Below are positions 13,141-26,530 of a DNA stretch of 64,000 bases, one piece after another. The notes beneath the pieces were generated by a model. It saw only the letters and a program-made list of their open reading frames with translations. It ran no database searches and was not told where the DNA came from. Position 1 is the first letter of the stretch. Each line of letters begins with the position of its first letter. The stretch covers positions 30,504,001 to 30,568,000 of the forward strand of contig NC_043012.1 in NCBI RefSeq assembly GCF_006345805.1, in the 5' to 3' direction. The position numbers and the translations under genes were made by a program. This DNA comes from Octopus sinensis. Taxonomy: Eukaryota.

Positions 13141-14041
13141 ACAATGAGGTATGATCAATAAGTACCCGGCCTGTTGCCATCGTAACGAAGCTAAAGCACG
13201 CAGTGTAAAGCTGCTTGGCAACGATTGACCTTGAACACTGCTCTGCATGCGCACTAAGTTTTAACTTTTGTAGCTCACTTCCACTATTTACAGTAGCTGC
13301 TTGTAAAGAAAGTGCGTAGCGTGTGATCGTCGCATTGACCATGACAGAGAAAGTTGTCATGGCGACTTCTGCCCAGAGGCCTAGGCAAAGTTGCAGAAAG
13401 TGTATGGAGAGGAGTGTATGAACCTCACACAAGCATACAAGTGGTTCAGACGTTTCCAAGATGGCCGAAAAAATGTCGATAGAGACGAACGTTCTGGAAG
13501 ATCCGCAGCCAGCAGAAGTGAGGAAAACATTGCAGATGTGCGTGCAGCTGTGAGGGGAAATCGTCGAATCACCATCCGTGAATTATCAGAGGATGTATAG
13601 TTTAGTTACGGTTCAGTTCAGTCCATTATCACTGAAGATTTGGGTATGAGACGCGTGTCTGCCAAGTTTATGCCCAAAGTGCTTTCAGCTGACCAAAAGG
13701 ACATTCGGGTTTCAGTTACAGAATATCTCCTTGATTGCGTCGAGAACGATGGAAACTTTTTGAAAACTTTGCGGAGGCCTCTCAGCAGGTATCGCCAAGC
13801 TTTTGGCAAAATTTGATGCAGATTTTCTGCTCAAGTTTCTCTGTCGTGTTCAATGGGACGATCACACGCTACACACGTTCCTTCCAAGCACTGCTGCAAA
13901 CAGTGGAAGTGAGCTAGAACGTGAAAACTTAGTGCGCATGCACAGGAGAGTTCAAGGTCTATCTGTGCCAAGCGGTTTCACTCTGCGTGCTTTAACTTCA
14001 ACCCTATAGCAACAGTCCCGATACTTATTGATCAGACCACG
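13141..14041 (+). mobile_element. Internally deleted mariner-like transposon with ~210-bp TIRs
   Basis: HTH region YKWFRRFQDGRKNVDRDERSGR...RRITIRELSEDV...LGMRRVSAKFMPKVL. 13141-13350 is the reverse complement of 13828-14041. TA flanks; catalytic domain absent. Confidence 0.9.
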
Positions 14042-14476
14042 TATATACATACATACATACATACATACATACATACATACATACATACATACATACATAC
14101 GTACATCCATACGTACATACATGTAAATATATAGTCAACAGATAAGGTCCAGAGATTCTCCGTATAGAAGACAGTAGTGCTTAAGCGATTCAAACTTAGA
14201 CTCCGATGTCTTTACAGCGGAGCAATTCCACAAAGTAAAGAAAGGCTATAAGAGGGATCAAATTGAGCCGGTTCAGAGTCAATTATGCGGATAAACAAAT
14301 TAGGTATATGAAATATATTAGGTATATTAGTTAGTTTATGAAATACAAAATATGTATATAATAGATATAAAACGAGAGAACCCAAAAGTTTGAGACTTTC
14401 AGATTAATTTTTTTAAGTATAAAAATAAAGGTATTTATATTAAGAGATACTACAGAATACAAACGACAGAGAAAAT

Positions 14477-14853
14477 TCTTTCATACTCTAGGCACAAGGC
14501 CTGAAATGTTTGTGCAGGGGGCCAGTCAATTAGATCGACCCCAGTACGCAACTGGTACTTAATTCTTCGACCCCGAAAGGATGAAAGGCAAAGTTGACCT
14601 CGGCAGAATTTCGAAATACCTATTTCTTTATTACCCACAAGGGGCTAAACACAGAGAGGACAAACAAGGACAGACAAACGGATTAAGTTGAGTATATGGA
14701 CCCCAATGCGTAACTGGTACTTATTTAATCGACCCCGAAAGGATGAAAGGCAAAGTCGACCTCGACGGAATTTGAACTCAGAACGTAACGGCAGACGAAA
14801 TACGGCTACGCATTTCGCCCGGCGTGCTAACGTCTCTGCCAGCTCACCACCTT
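14477..14853 (-). mobile_element. Two adjacent copies of a tRNA-derived SINE (family B) inside one 16-bp TSD
   Basis: The body gaccccgaaaggatgaaaggcaaagt(c/t)gacctcg occurs twice. aaacgacagagaaaat lies at 14461-14476 and 14854-14869. Other copies near 7665-7803, 34660-34862, 40455-40645, 44205-44420 and 57352-57560. Confidence 0.85.
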
Positions 14854-15231
14854 AAACGACAGAGAAAATCAAAAAGGCGGAAGAAAGGTGTTTAATTTTC
14901 TCTGTTGTGTGTACTCTTTGTTCGCTGCACCTATTAATATAAATATCTGTATCTTTAGACTTATAAATTCATCATCTGAAAGTCTCCACTTATGCTTTCT
15001 CTCGTTTTGCATCTATGCACTCATATATATTTTGTATTTCATACCCAAACTAATATGTTTAATATTTTCGATGTGTCTAATTTGTTTATCTGCATAATTG
15101 CCCCCCTCTCTCTTTCTATACACACACACCACACACATACACATATATACAACTCACATACAATTGATGCCTACACGTGCCTATCTATATACCTATTTAA
15201 GATATGTGGCTGTATTTGTTTGCTCATGCAT

Positions 15232-15563
15232 ATCTGAGATCCCCTTCGGTCACGACACAGACCCTGCGATTGTACCTTGAAAGTTACCCTCCCAGGCACA
15301 AATCCAGGGAAGCTTGTTTATGGAAGACTAGCAGTCGCCCATGCAAACCTGCTTCCCCTCTCTATGCCACCAGTGTTATCCAAGGGAAAGGCAACAACGG
15401 ATACAGATTGGCACCAGTGACGTCACAACTCATTTCTACAGCTGAGTGAACCGGAGCAACGTGAAAATTAGGGTCTTGCTCAAGAACACAACACGCAGCC
15501 CGGTCCGGGATTCGAACTCACAACCTCACGATCGTAAGCTCGACGCTCTAACCACTGAGCCAT
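15232..15563 (-). mobile_element. tRNA-derived SINE (family C)
   Basis: Minus-strand head ggctcagtggttagagcgtcgagc...gttcgaatccc (A/B boxes), then tgttcttgagcaagac. Near-identical to 53977-54318. Confidence 0.85.
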
Positions 15564-16484
15564 GTATATACAGTGTATATAAATAACATGAAAGGAGGGA
15601 GAAGCATGTACAATATACCTACGCGCACACATTCACACACAAACAAACACGTACAAACACACACACACACACACACATGCATACATATACAAATACAACT
15701 TCTCAACTATGTAATTATTCGTCAGCAATAACATGAAAACAGATTATCAATGAGATGAAGGAACCTAATAAATTGGGGTCAAACCCGCTCTGTGACCCCA
15801 CAAATAACGAGAGGGATATCTTTTAGTATTAAATAACTGACCCTTATTACAATGAAATCTTTTCATTTCTGTTCTTTCTTGAAGTTTATATTTTCACGCC
15901 CGACCAACACATACCACGGCTGTTAGCTTCTACTTCGTTTCGTTCCGTCAAACCTGACAGGGTTTTTCTTTTAAATTCACCTGAAAGGTATCTTTATTTT
16001 TAGATTTGTTTTGTAGTGTTTTGTATGTTGTTTCTTTATATTTCGTGTATTTTCGTGTTTTTATGTTCTTGATATTTTCTCACTGTTTGTTGTATGGACT
16101 CTTGTAGAGTTCATTCGGTACCCCAAAACATTGGACCAGAATCCTGATTTGGGTCTCTTATGCGCGGTCCTGTCTTTTACGATCCTAGGTGTTGCTCTTT
16201 CAGCGGATGTTAAGAGTACAGAAATAGACTTGTTCGACAATTTTTACACACACACACACACACACACGCACACACAAGCAGACAGACACGTACACATATA
16301 AACACACGCACACATATTGCCTATTGCTCATAGTGAAACTCTACTTAGCTTCGAATAATGTTGCATTGTTGATATAAACATAGGCGTTAAGCCTAACTCC
16401 TCATTTCTGAGAAAAGACAAGTTGTTCACGGCACAGTTATGCACAATACACGGTCACTGGTACACACACACACAAAGGGAGGAG

Positions 16485-16515
<31 letters not shown>

Positions 16516-18590
16516 GGAGAGAGAAAGAGAGAGAGATACACACTTGCGCATTTATGTGCCTAAAACATGACAAAGCAGTCATTACAAATAGTGGAGCATC
16601 CATATTGTTTTAATCTAAACCGGTTCTTATTTTTTACTCAAAGTTTCATGCTTCCGATGGTCATATGATGAGACGTTCGTTACTGTCATAGAATATTTGG
16701 ATGTGTAGATTATGGATTTCCAAAGATAAATGAGATTAGTCTGAGCTAGAAGAATATATGAGGAAGGGAGCAGGAGTGACGAAAGTGTTAGAAAAACGTT
16801 TTATCAGTTTCGGAAATCTAAAGTAAAAAAAGGATCATTAAACCAGTTCGATACATGGTACCTCTCTAGAGGTACCATGCTTCGTACCTAATATGTTTTA
16901 TTAATCATTAAGCGACATTTAATGTTTCTTTGCTATTACTCCGCCCATCTCAATTTGATAATTACAGAAATAGACATTAACGTGTTGCCGTGAATATATT
17001 ATAGAGAAAAACGTGGAAATGTAAAAGATTTGAATAAAAAAAAATGTAGATGTAACAAGGTGCAGATTGTTGTAAAGTAAAATGGATCTTCATTGCTTAC
17101 GACGATGAGTTTTCAGTTGTTCGATCTATTGAATTTACTACTCATTGAATAAACGTATAATTGGCCGAGTATTCCAAATACTCATGAATCTGTTGTTCAG
17201 AAGTGAAATCAATATGATACTCTGTGATAAGGCTGAATGTTTTAAAATACATGTAAAATCCATTCGATGGGCTTCCCCACCGTTTCCGTCTGATCAGTAT
17301 CACTTACAATGCTACCTCGATGCGATTTTGTGGTAAAGGACTTTCTTAAGATGCGACAGTGTGAAACGAACTATAGACCTCATGATTGCAAAGCAAACTT
17401 CTTAACAATTCGGCCAAACCACGCAACCTGTGACGCTAGATCAGGAAATGTCATCCATTGATCTGGTACATTTTTATGGGGATCTTCTCAGGTAAGCACA
17501 ACAGTTAATATAGAATTTAACAGCTTCGACTTTTTACCAATTGATCCTGAAATTGTACCTCCATTTAAACTCTCAGATATATTGAGATAGTAAAGCAGCA
17601 TTACAGTTATCAGTATGTCTGTATACATGTTATTACAGCGAGAGCAGATTGTTGTTTCAGCACAGCTTATAGAGACCAGCTTATGAGACGTCATCAAAAG
17701 AGAAGGGAGTCATATTACTGGTGAGAGATGCATTTAGAAAGATGCTTCCAGCATATTCGTCTGCTCTTTTATATTTTTAGCTGTGTCTGCCATTGAACTC
17801 TGGCTATACTGGAGTGCCACTTTGAAGGGTTTCTCAACCGAATCGACCATTCTATACTTTAAAGTCGGTTATCAAATGGTGAGAGGCAAACACAAAGACA
17901 TGCACGCACACGCCCGCACACATACACTTTATGAAATTCACTTCTTAGGCATCGGTCGTTTTGCGGCCATAGCAAGAGCCAAGACGAACCCCTGGTGTTA
18001 TTCCTTGTTATACCAGCAACCGGATTTTATGTACAGCTGCAACTGAATTTGATATTATTTCTGTTGAAAAGTTTTGTATTAAAAGATGATTGCATGAGAA
18101 ATGTTTGCACATAACATAAAGATACAAGAATATTGTTGATGTATCAGATAACAAAGTTAAACTGAAACGGATGGGAACCGAGGGATTTTTCTAACTGTTT
18201 GTTATTTTGCTTGTCTTTTTAATATTACGATGTTGTTGAACGCATTGTTTTTTCTTCTTTAAATTTGATCTCCTTCATCGGATCATTGTAACGAACCGTA
18301 ACCGAGGTAAATGAAGCTTTGTCTTAGATTCGTCTCTTCATCTTACTGTCTAAATAATTCCTTTCATATAACTAAGGGAGTGGATGTGTTGAATGTATGT
18401 CAATGGGTAATTTAAGAAACATGTTTATACGCTTATACACACATCTACATCTATGCATACATACATTTATGCATGCATGCAGGCAAGAATGTGTACATAG
18501 ATGCATGTATATACATACACACATACATACGTACATGCATATGTAAAAATATTCAAAATATGTGTATACACAAATATATATATATATATT

Positions 18591-18725
18591 GGCGTAGGAG
18601 TGACTGTGTGGTAAGTAGCTTGATCCCAACTACATGGTTCCGGGTTCAGTCCCACTGCGTGGGCCTCGGGCCGACCTTGTTTGTGGATTTGATTGACGGA
18701 AACGGAAAGAAGCCCGTTGTATATA

Positions 18726-18782
<57 letters not shown>

Positions 18783-18948
18783 ATTTCTGTGTTGTTGTGT
18801 TTACGTACCCGTAACTTAGCGGTTCGGCAAAAGAAGCGATAGAATAAGTACTACGCTTACAAAGAATAAATCCTTGGGTAGATTTGTTCAACTAAAGGCG
18901 GTGCTCCAGCATGGCCGCAGTCAGTTGACTGAAACAAGTAAAAGAATA
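18591..18948 (+). mobile_element. tRNA-derived SINE (family A, internal TA/TG microsatellite)
   Basis: ggcgtaggagtgactgtgtggtaagtagc...gggttcagtcccactgcgtgg; tail gcggtgctccagcatggccgcagtc...ctgaaacaagtaaaag. Confidence 0.85.
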
Positions 18949-19183
18949 AAAATGTGTTTTTAAATCCGAAATCTATCTTGAAATACCGTCCGCACATTCT
19001 GTGTGTGTGTATATATATATATATGAACATATCTAATCATATATTCTCATATATATATATAATATATATATATATATATTATATATATATATATATAGGG
19101 AGAGTTTACGAAAAAACAAAAGACGAAGACAGGTGGTGTACAAAACAAACAGATGTATTAGTATAACGCTCAGGAATAGAAAA

Positions 19184-19224
19184 AGTCTTTTACGTTTCGA
19201 GCCTACGCTATTCTACAGAAAGGT
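19184..19224 (-). ncRNA. Minimal hammerhead-like motif (PLE-type), degenerate
   Basis: ccuuu-CUGUAGA-au-AGC-guag-GCU-c-GAAAC-GUA|aaag. Confidence 0.4.
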
Positions 19225-19479
19225 ATACAGAAAAAACAAGGAGAGAAAAAAATGTGTGTAGTGGCTAACGATATTTGTGCATGTACGTATGTGTGTGTAT
19301 GTACTTGATAGTATATGTGTGTAGTTATATATTTGAATAACCCAGGGAGCAGAGGGGTGACGTATCCTGATTACAAAGCTGTCACTTAGTAGAAATGAGG
19401 ATGTCATTGATGAGAAGTGAGGACGTAATGATAACAGGTGAACTTGGCCTCTCTGGCGCCGAGAAGAGGCACGGATGTC

Positions 19480-20175
19480 GACTACGAGCAGTTGTTAGAT
19501 GATAATGGGGACTCGGATTTATTATCTCTCAAATGCTTTCAATTGCTCTGATATGAGTGAATCTCCTTATGTTCTGTTAAGTCCAGTTACCTTGGCAATC
19601 TTATGAGCAATGGCGGGGGGTGGGTGGGGTGGACACTGTTCTGAAAGTAATCAAAATCAGGAATGAGATGAAAAAGCTTCAGGGTAACTGCCGCATCTTC
19701 TGACAATACGGGCATTCTGTCTGCAGTTGTATGATGCTTGTGTACGAAGTGCAGTGCTGCATGGTAGTGTATATGGTCGCTGAATGTGGAATGTGTGTAA
19801 AGGATGTAAAGAGACAAGAGTACTCAGCGAGTTGCATAAAGATTGGGCGCATGAACGATGAAGAACAGAAGAACGGAAATAAAAAAAAGACTAAGCCCCC
19901 CCCCCCCCCGATCCCCAAAGCTTGGATATAAAAGGAATCAGATGTAATGTGCCAGAGAGAAGAGAGCGCTGGTACGGACATGTGATGTTACGTATGGAGG
20001 ATGAGATCTGCAGATTCCTTCCACTTGCACAGCCTGGTAAGTGGAAGGAATCTGTAGGAGAACAAATAAGACACGAGAAAAGTAATGAAAATTGATGATT
20101 AACGACTGAACAGCTCAAAGGAGAGAAGAAGGGATCGAAATAGCGAGACGCTTTTAGTAGAGAAAACCGGTTTAA
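19480..20175 (+). mobile_element. Degenerate RTE-clade LINE 3' fragment
   Basis: LYDACVRSAVLHGS (about 19727-19770) and RERWYGHVM.RMEDE (about 19965-20005) are RTE ORF2 C-terminal motifs. Confidence 0.65.
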
Positions 20176-20305
20176 CATACGCGAACAAAGGACAAAAAAA
20201 AAGGAATAAAAAGGATATTAAATAATGATAATAATGATACTATAAACATACACAAACTCATAGACACTTGCACATATGTACATACATATATAATTACATA
20301 CATTT

Positions 20306-20342
<37 letters not shown>

Positions 20343-20402
20343 TGTGTGTGCGTGCGTCTGTATGTCTGTATATATGTTTGTACATTATATATGTATGTAT
20401 AC

Positions 20403-20470
<68 letters not shown>

Positions 20471-20829
20471 AATGTATATTTATATATATATATGTATGTA
20501 TATACATATGTGTGTGTGTGTGTGTGTGTGAATATGTGTATGTGAGAGAGGGTGTTTTGTGTATATACAGGCATGTATCTGTATAGACTGTCAACGGCAG
20601 CAGCAATCGAGTTGACACAGTGTTGACATAGGTGCAGACACTGGTGTTTGCTCTGACGCTGACATTAGCCACGTTCAAAAGAAAGAAGAAATCTAGGTTT
20701 AGTGTTGGTCGTAATTAAACAAAATGACTAAGACAAGTGGATTGAATTAAAGCGGCGTGCTTAATCTTAAGTGCAACGACAGGGGAAGAAGCAATGAGCA
20801 AAGGTTATATACATACATTATGCGCATAC

Positions 20830-20874
<45 letters not shown>

Positions 20875-21014
20875 CACACATACATATATTTATGTATATG
20901 TGTGTGTATGTTTGTGTGCATGTTGTTCATATACATACATACGTACATGAATATATATATAAACATACATACACATACTCTCTCTCACACTTCTGTCAAT
21001 GTATGTATGTATGC

Positions 21015-21082
<68 letters not shown>

Positions 21083-21479
21083 GTACTCTTTTACTTGTTT
21101 CAGTCATTTGACTGCGGCCATGCTGGAGCACCGCCTTTAATCGAGCAACTCGACCCCGGGACTTATTCTTTTGTAAGCCCAGTACTTATTCTATCGGTCT
21201 CTTTTGCAATTTTAAAAGATGTTTATTTACTTGACCGGTTTCACTTTTTTAGAAAAAGATTGTCGAAAGTAACATGTAAAAGCTTTGTCGTATTAGGTAC
21301 TGGTTGTCACAAAATATTACAATATATATATACATTCTTTGATAATAATAAAAACATGTTAAGAACAGTTTACAAGGGAAGATTTTCCCTTAAAAAAACC
21401 GGTCAAGTAAATAAAAAATCTTTTAAAATTGCATTTTCAAACCTTCTTTCATATATAATTCCACCCGTGCGGTACCTTA

Positions 21480-23100
21480 CAACTCCACTTTGTTATATAT
21501 ATAACTTTGATAAGTTTCGGCCAGTATAAGCCCAGGCTATGTCTAACTCAATAGTACCACCTTTTAGTTATATATGGGGTACCATGGCCCACTCTAGCAA
21601 AGAGTTATTGTTGGAGACATATCCCGGTGTTGGAGGTTGGTCCGGGATTTTTAAAAGAAATTTGTCCAGTGAACATTTGAATTTTATGGGTATCCGTTTC
21701 CGATTTGACGTATTTTGGTATGGTATTAAAGAGAGCTGGACCGGCTGAGGTAAAGTAATTGTGACGTAATGTTGTTATGTGTGCTGAGTTCGATTTTTGT
21801 AGTGGGCAGATAGCACGGGGGCCAGGTCTTGGATGGATTTTAAAATTGATGTCAACGTTATTTGTGCAATATTGATGGAATATTTTCCACATTAGCCAAA
21901 TGATGTAGCGCTCCCGACGACGTTGGAGAGAGTAGAGATTGAGTTTTTTAGTCGATATTAATAGTCAATGCCTCGCATGCCGTCTGTTTTTCTTGTATTT
22001 GACCTCTGGAGTGCTTCCACTTTCATAATGAGTTGCTTCGTATGGGGAGATCACAGTGAACAACAGTATTCAAGGTGGGGTCGGGCAAAAGTAGAGTAGA
22101 GAAGGATGATGGTGTAGGCATCTCTAGACCGGAAAGTTCTCAGAATCCAGGAGCACATCTTGCGAGCTAAGTCACCCTTGCGAGCCAAGTCAACCTTGCT
22201 GTTTACGTGGGAACTCCAGCTTAGATTGTTATCGACAATTACTCCAAGGTCTCTGGTGTTGTTGGATGGCACTAGGGAGTCGCCCGAGGGAAGAGCATAT
22301 GGTAATTTCAGAGTCTCCTCTTTTCCAAAGTGGATCAAATCGAACTTCTTCATTTAGAAGCATATTGTCTTTTCCCGCCCATTGGACAATAGCAAATGGA
22401 TCTGATTGAAGGCATGTCCGGTCTCACATGCCGTTTACGGCTTTCTGGAATTTGGAATCATCTGCAAAGATTTTCGCTGTAGAATGTTTGATGTCATCTA
22501 CTGTGTCGTTGATATAAATACTGAAGGGGAGTGGGCCCAACACAGTACACTGTGGGATACCACTACTGACTTTAGCTGAGCTGGATCGTACTCCCTCAAA
22601 CAACAGGTTGGGTTCTGTTTCTCAGGAAACACTTTATCCACTGCAGCAGCTTTCCACGGACTCCAATGTTGGACAGTTTCTTCAGCAGGATCTTGTTGTT
22701 AACTCAGTCAAATGCCTTGCTGAAATCAAGGTATGTGACGTCAGTGTTGGAGCCCTCTCCCAACGCTTTTAAGATGTCATCAAAATGGTGCAAGAGCTGC
22801 GACAGGCAATCCATACCATCACGGAAACCATGCTGGTTGGGGTTCAGCAGATTGTTGTCTTCTAGGAAGGGAGTTATTCGCGATCTCACCACCCTCTCAG
22901 ATACTTTAATGATATGAGAAGTGTGTGAAATTGGACGGTAGTTCTCTGCAAGGGATTTGTTTCTCTTTTTGAAGACTGGAACGACAGACTGGGAAGAAAA
23001 TGAACAGGAATGTAGCCGGCATCAAGTGAGTTTCTCCAGAGCTCAGCTAGAGGCCTTGTGCACAAATTGGAAACTTTAAAAACTCCATTTCTTCCGACAA
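21480..23100 (-). mobile_element. 5'-truncated CR1-group LINE (RT remnant)
   Basis: LLNPNQHGFR..CLSQLL..DVTYLDFSKAFD and RDLGVIVDNNLSWSSHV...LYSTFARPHLEYC, broken by frameshifts. Short tandem duplication near 22160-22200. Confidence 0.88.
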
Positions 23101-24111
23101 GAAATGCGCGCGCGCGCGTGTGTGTGTGAGAGAGAGAGTGCGTATGTGGATCTGTGTGTGCGTGTGTGTGTGTATATATGAAAATGTATATCAGCACACT
23201 TGTGGCCGCGTGGCCAACCAAAACCTCGTGAGTGGATTTGGTACCCCCGCGCGCACACGCACCCCACACAGCGTTTATGTATGTATGTATGTATGTATGT
23301 ATGTATGTATGTATGTATGTATGTATCTATCTATATCCATCTGTCTGTCTGCTTGATTGCCTGACTATATACGCACACACACACACACACATTCACCTAC
23401 TTATGATGTGTGTATATTCATGTATGTATGTGCATACACCTGACTGCATACATATGTATGTGTGTATGCATGTATATGTGCATGTGTATATTATCGCCTT
23501 TGTCTGTCGGACGATGGAAGGACGAAGCAGTGACCCCTTTGGCAGCCGCTGGGACTAGTGGAGGATCGGGAGGGAGGGAGGGCGAAATCCTCAAACTGCC
23601 TGAATGCTGGCAAAATGAGAGGACAGGCAACACTGACCGATAAAAAAATGGGGTTAAATATCGGGAGTTAGAAAAGAGAGAAAAAGTGAAAGAGAAAAAC
23701 GGTTGGCAACTGAATCGGGAACAGAAACCTCGTTCTCTCGTCTGAGCTATAACAAGAGTTATTTCCCTTGAGCATCGCTCGAGATTATTTCCCATACATT
23801 CTGCAAAATTTCGTTCGGTTTCTCGATTCCAAAACCAAAAAAGACAAAAGACGCGACTGACGCCACAAGCACAGGCAAAGAATACCGAACATCTTGTAGG
23901 AATCCTTTGATTCTCTATTATTACTGTATAACATTACTAAATTCTTTCCGAGTTATTTAATGACCAACAAAATACTTTCTAATACACACAAACGAACGCA
24001 CGCGCGTATAGTCAATTAAACTAAGCGAACAATAAAAAATTAACAACAACAAACAACAAGAGGATATGCACAAGGCAAGGAATTAGTTTGTCGTTCAGTG
24101 AAAAGGGAGGG

Positions 24112-24147
24112 TTTTTGATGTTTCGAGCATAACCCTTCGTCGGAAAG
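24112..24147 (-). ncRNA. Minimal hammerhead-like motif (PLE-type), degenerate
   Basis: uuu-CCGACGA-a-GGGU-uau-GCUC-GAAAC-AUC|aaa. Confidence 0.4.
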
Positions 24148-25379
24148 GAAAAAGGGAAAAGTCTGAAGAAGAAGAAGAAGAAATCGCCAACAGCACGTGT
24201 GTGCAATTACATTGCTGAAGTGAGCGGGCAATATATATCCGAGTGGGACCCGTTGAAATTCTACAGAATGGAAAAAATTAAGAGGACCTATTTAAGGAAG
24301 AAAGGATGATCTGCATTTTCATAGCATTCATAGTTTAGCTTTCTTTAAGCATTCCTCACATTTGTCTACATTCATTTCCTCATGTCTCCGTCGGTGTTGT
24401 CTCTTTTTCCGTTTTTTAAATATTTTCTCGCTGTTCCGCTCTGATCCATGCTCTGTATCTGCGCTTCTCTTCTCGGGCAGCTTGCCACCGTGTTTCTTGT
24501 GAATCTAGAGTTTAGACTAAATTAACCCTTATTAACAAATATCAATTATTTTAAGTGCGCAAACGATAAATAATTGCACTTCTGCATATATGATGGTCAC
24601 TATAAAAACTACTTCAATAACAAAAAAGAAAAAAATACTCTTCACCACCGCCGCCATCACCATCGCCGCTATCTATCCCCTCTCTGTCCCTCTCAATATA
24701 GCTACCTCCCCCTATCTATCTCACTCTACCCACCTTTCCCTTCAGTTAACTTTCTAACCACGCATTACATAGTATTTCTCCCACTACACCAAACGCCGTT
24801 AACACTTCTCTCTCCCTCTTTTTCTCTCGCTCTTCACATCTACCTTCAGTTGACCACGTGACCATTTGACTTAAGTGCATTAATATTCAACCATTTCTCT
24901 CCCCCTCTCTCTCTCTCTCCCTTTCTCTCTCACTCATTGCATCTCTCACACACTCCACCTTCACTTCTCTAATGTATAACGGGCGAACGAACAAGAAAAT
25001 TAGTGTACAAATATATATTCTTTCTTTTATTCTTTTACCTGTTTCAGTCATTAGGCTGCGGCCATGCCGGAGCACCGATTTGAAGGATTTTTGTCGAACA
25101 AATCGTCCCCAGGACAAATTTTGCTTTTTTGAAACTTGATACTTATTCTATCGGCCGTTTTTTGCCGAACCTTTAAAGTACGTGGACGTAAACACACAAA
25201 CACCCCACGACGGGTTTTCTTTCAGTTTCCGTCTACCAAATCCACTCAAAAGGCTTTGGTCTGCCCGAGGCTATAGTGCAAGACACTTGCCCAAGGTGCC
25301 ACGCAGTGGGACTGAACCCAGAGCCATGTGGTTGGAGCAAGCTTCTTACCACGCAACCACTCCTGCGCCTACATAATTA

Positions 25380-25429
<50 letters not shown>

Positions 25430-25727
25430 GTTACATTTAGATCGATAAAATAACCCTTGAAGCCTCGAGTATGTCCTCGATCCCTTCTCTTCATTCCTGT
25501 AATATCCACATTTCCTTATTCAGATTACGACCAGCGACCCCACCCCTTTGCCCACTTTGTTCCCCTTCCATTCTCCTGGAACTCCCTCCTCCACCAACGC
25601 CTCATACCTGTATTCTTTCTTCTCTTGCATCTTCTGCAGAAAGCTGTTAAAGCGTTTCAGTGTATATTTTTTGGTAAATTTAGAAATATCAGACGGAAAT
25701 CTTAAGAAGCCTTCTTGTATTTGGGTA

Positions 25728-25762
<35 letters not shown>

Positions 25763-26460
25763 TCGTTTTCTTATATAAATTTTGTATAGAAATCAAAGGC
25801 TTACTGAGAGTTATTGCCCTTGGATCACAGAGTTTGTAAAGATCTATGTCACAGTTGTGTCCCCTGAACTTTTTTTATTTACGTTAAATTTTCTCGCTCC
25901 GCGTGCGTGTGTTTGTCTGCGTATGTGTACATTTTCTTTTATCTTTTGTTTGTTTCCGACATTTGAATGCGGCCATTCTGGGGCAGCGCCTCGAGGAGTT
26001 TCTGTCCAACAAATCGGCCCCAGGACTTTTTTTTAAAGCTTGGTACTTATTCTTGCAGTCTTTTTTGCCCAACGGTTAACTTGCGGAGTTACGAGAACAC
26101 CGGTCGTCAAGAGTACACACACGCATACAAACATACATACATACATACATACATATGTATAAATGTATATATTCACGACGAGCTTTCGGTTTCCGTCAAC
26201 AAAATCCATTAACAGGATTTTGGTCGACCCGGGGAAAAACTTACCCCAGGTACAACGCAGTGGGACAGAACCTGGTACCAGTTGGCTTGGAGGCAATACA
26301 CAGACATACACACGCACAGTCATATAATGCTTTATCATACATACATACATACATATCGATAGGTTTATATGTGTGCGTGCTTGCACACACACATACATAC
26401 ACACTCCACACACGCATGCATGCATATATACATACACACATACATAATACATACATACGC

Positions 26461-26530
<70 letters not shown>

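Noticed and set aside
15500-15563. tRNA-like sequences here and at other SINE heads
   Set aside because: A/B boxes are present but run into SINE bodies without an acceptor stem; they are not tRNA genes.
16854-16879. 26-bp palindrome catggtacctct-ct-agaggtaccatg
   Set aside because: Isolated and short, with no associated element; most likely a small template-switch event.
17400-17497. Plus-strand donor CTCAG|gtaagc after a short open frame
   Set aside because: An upstream in-frame stop, no clear acceptor and no downstream exon.
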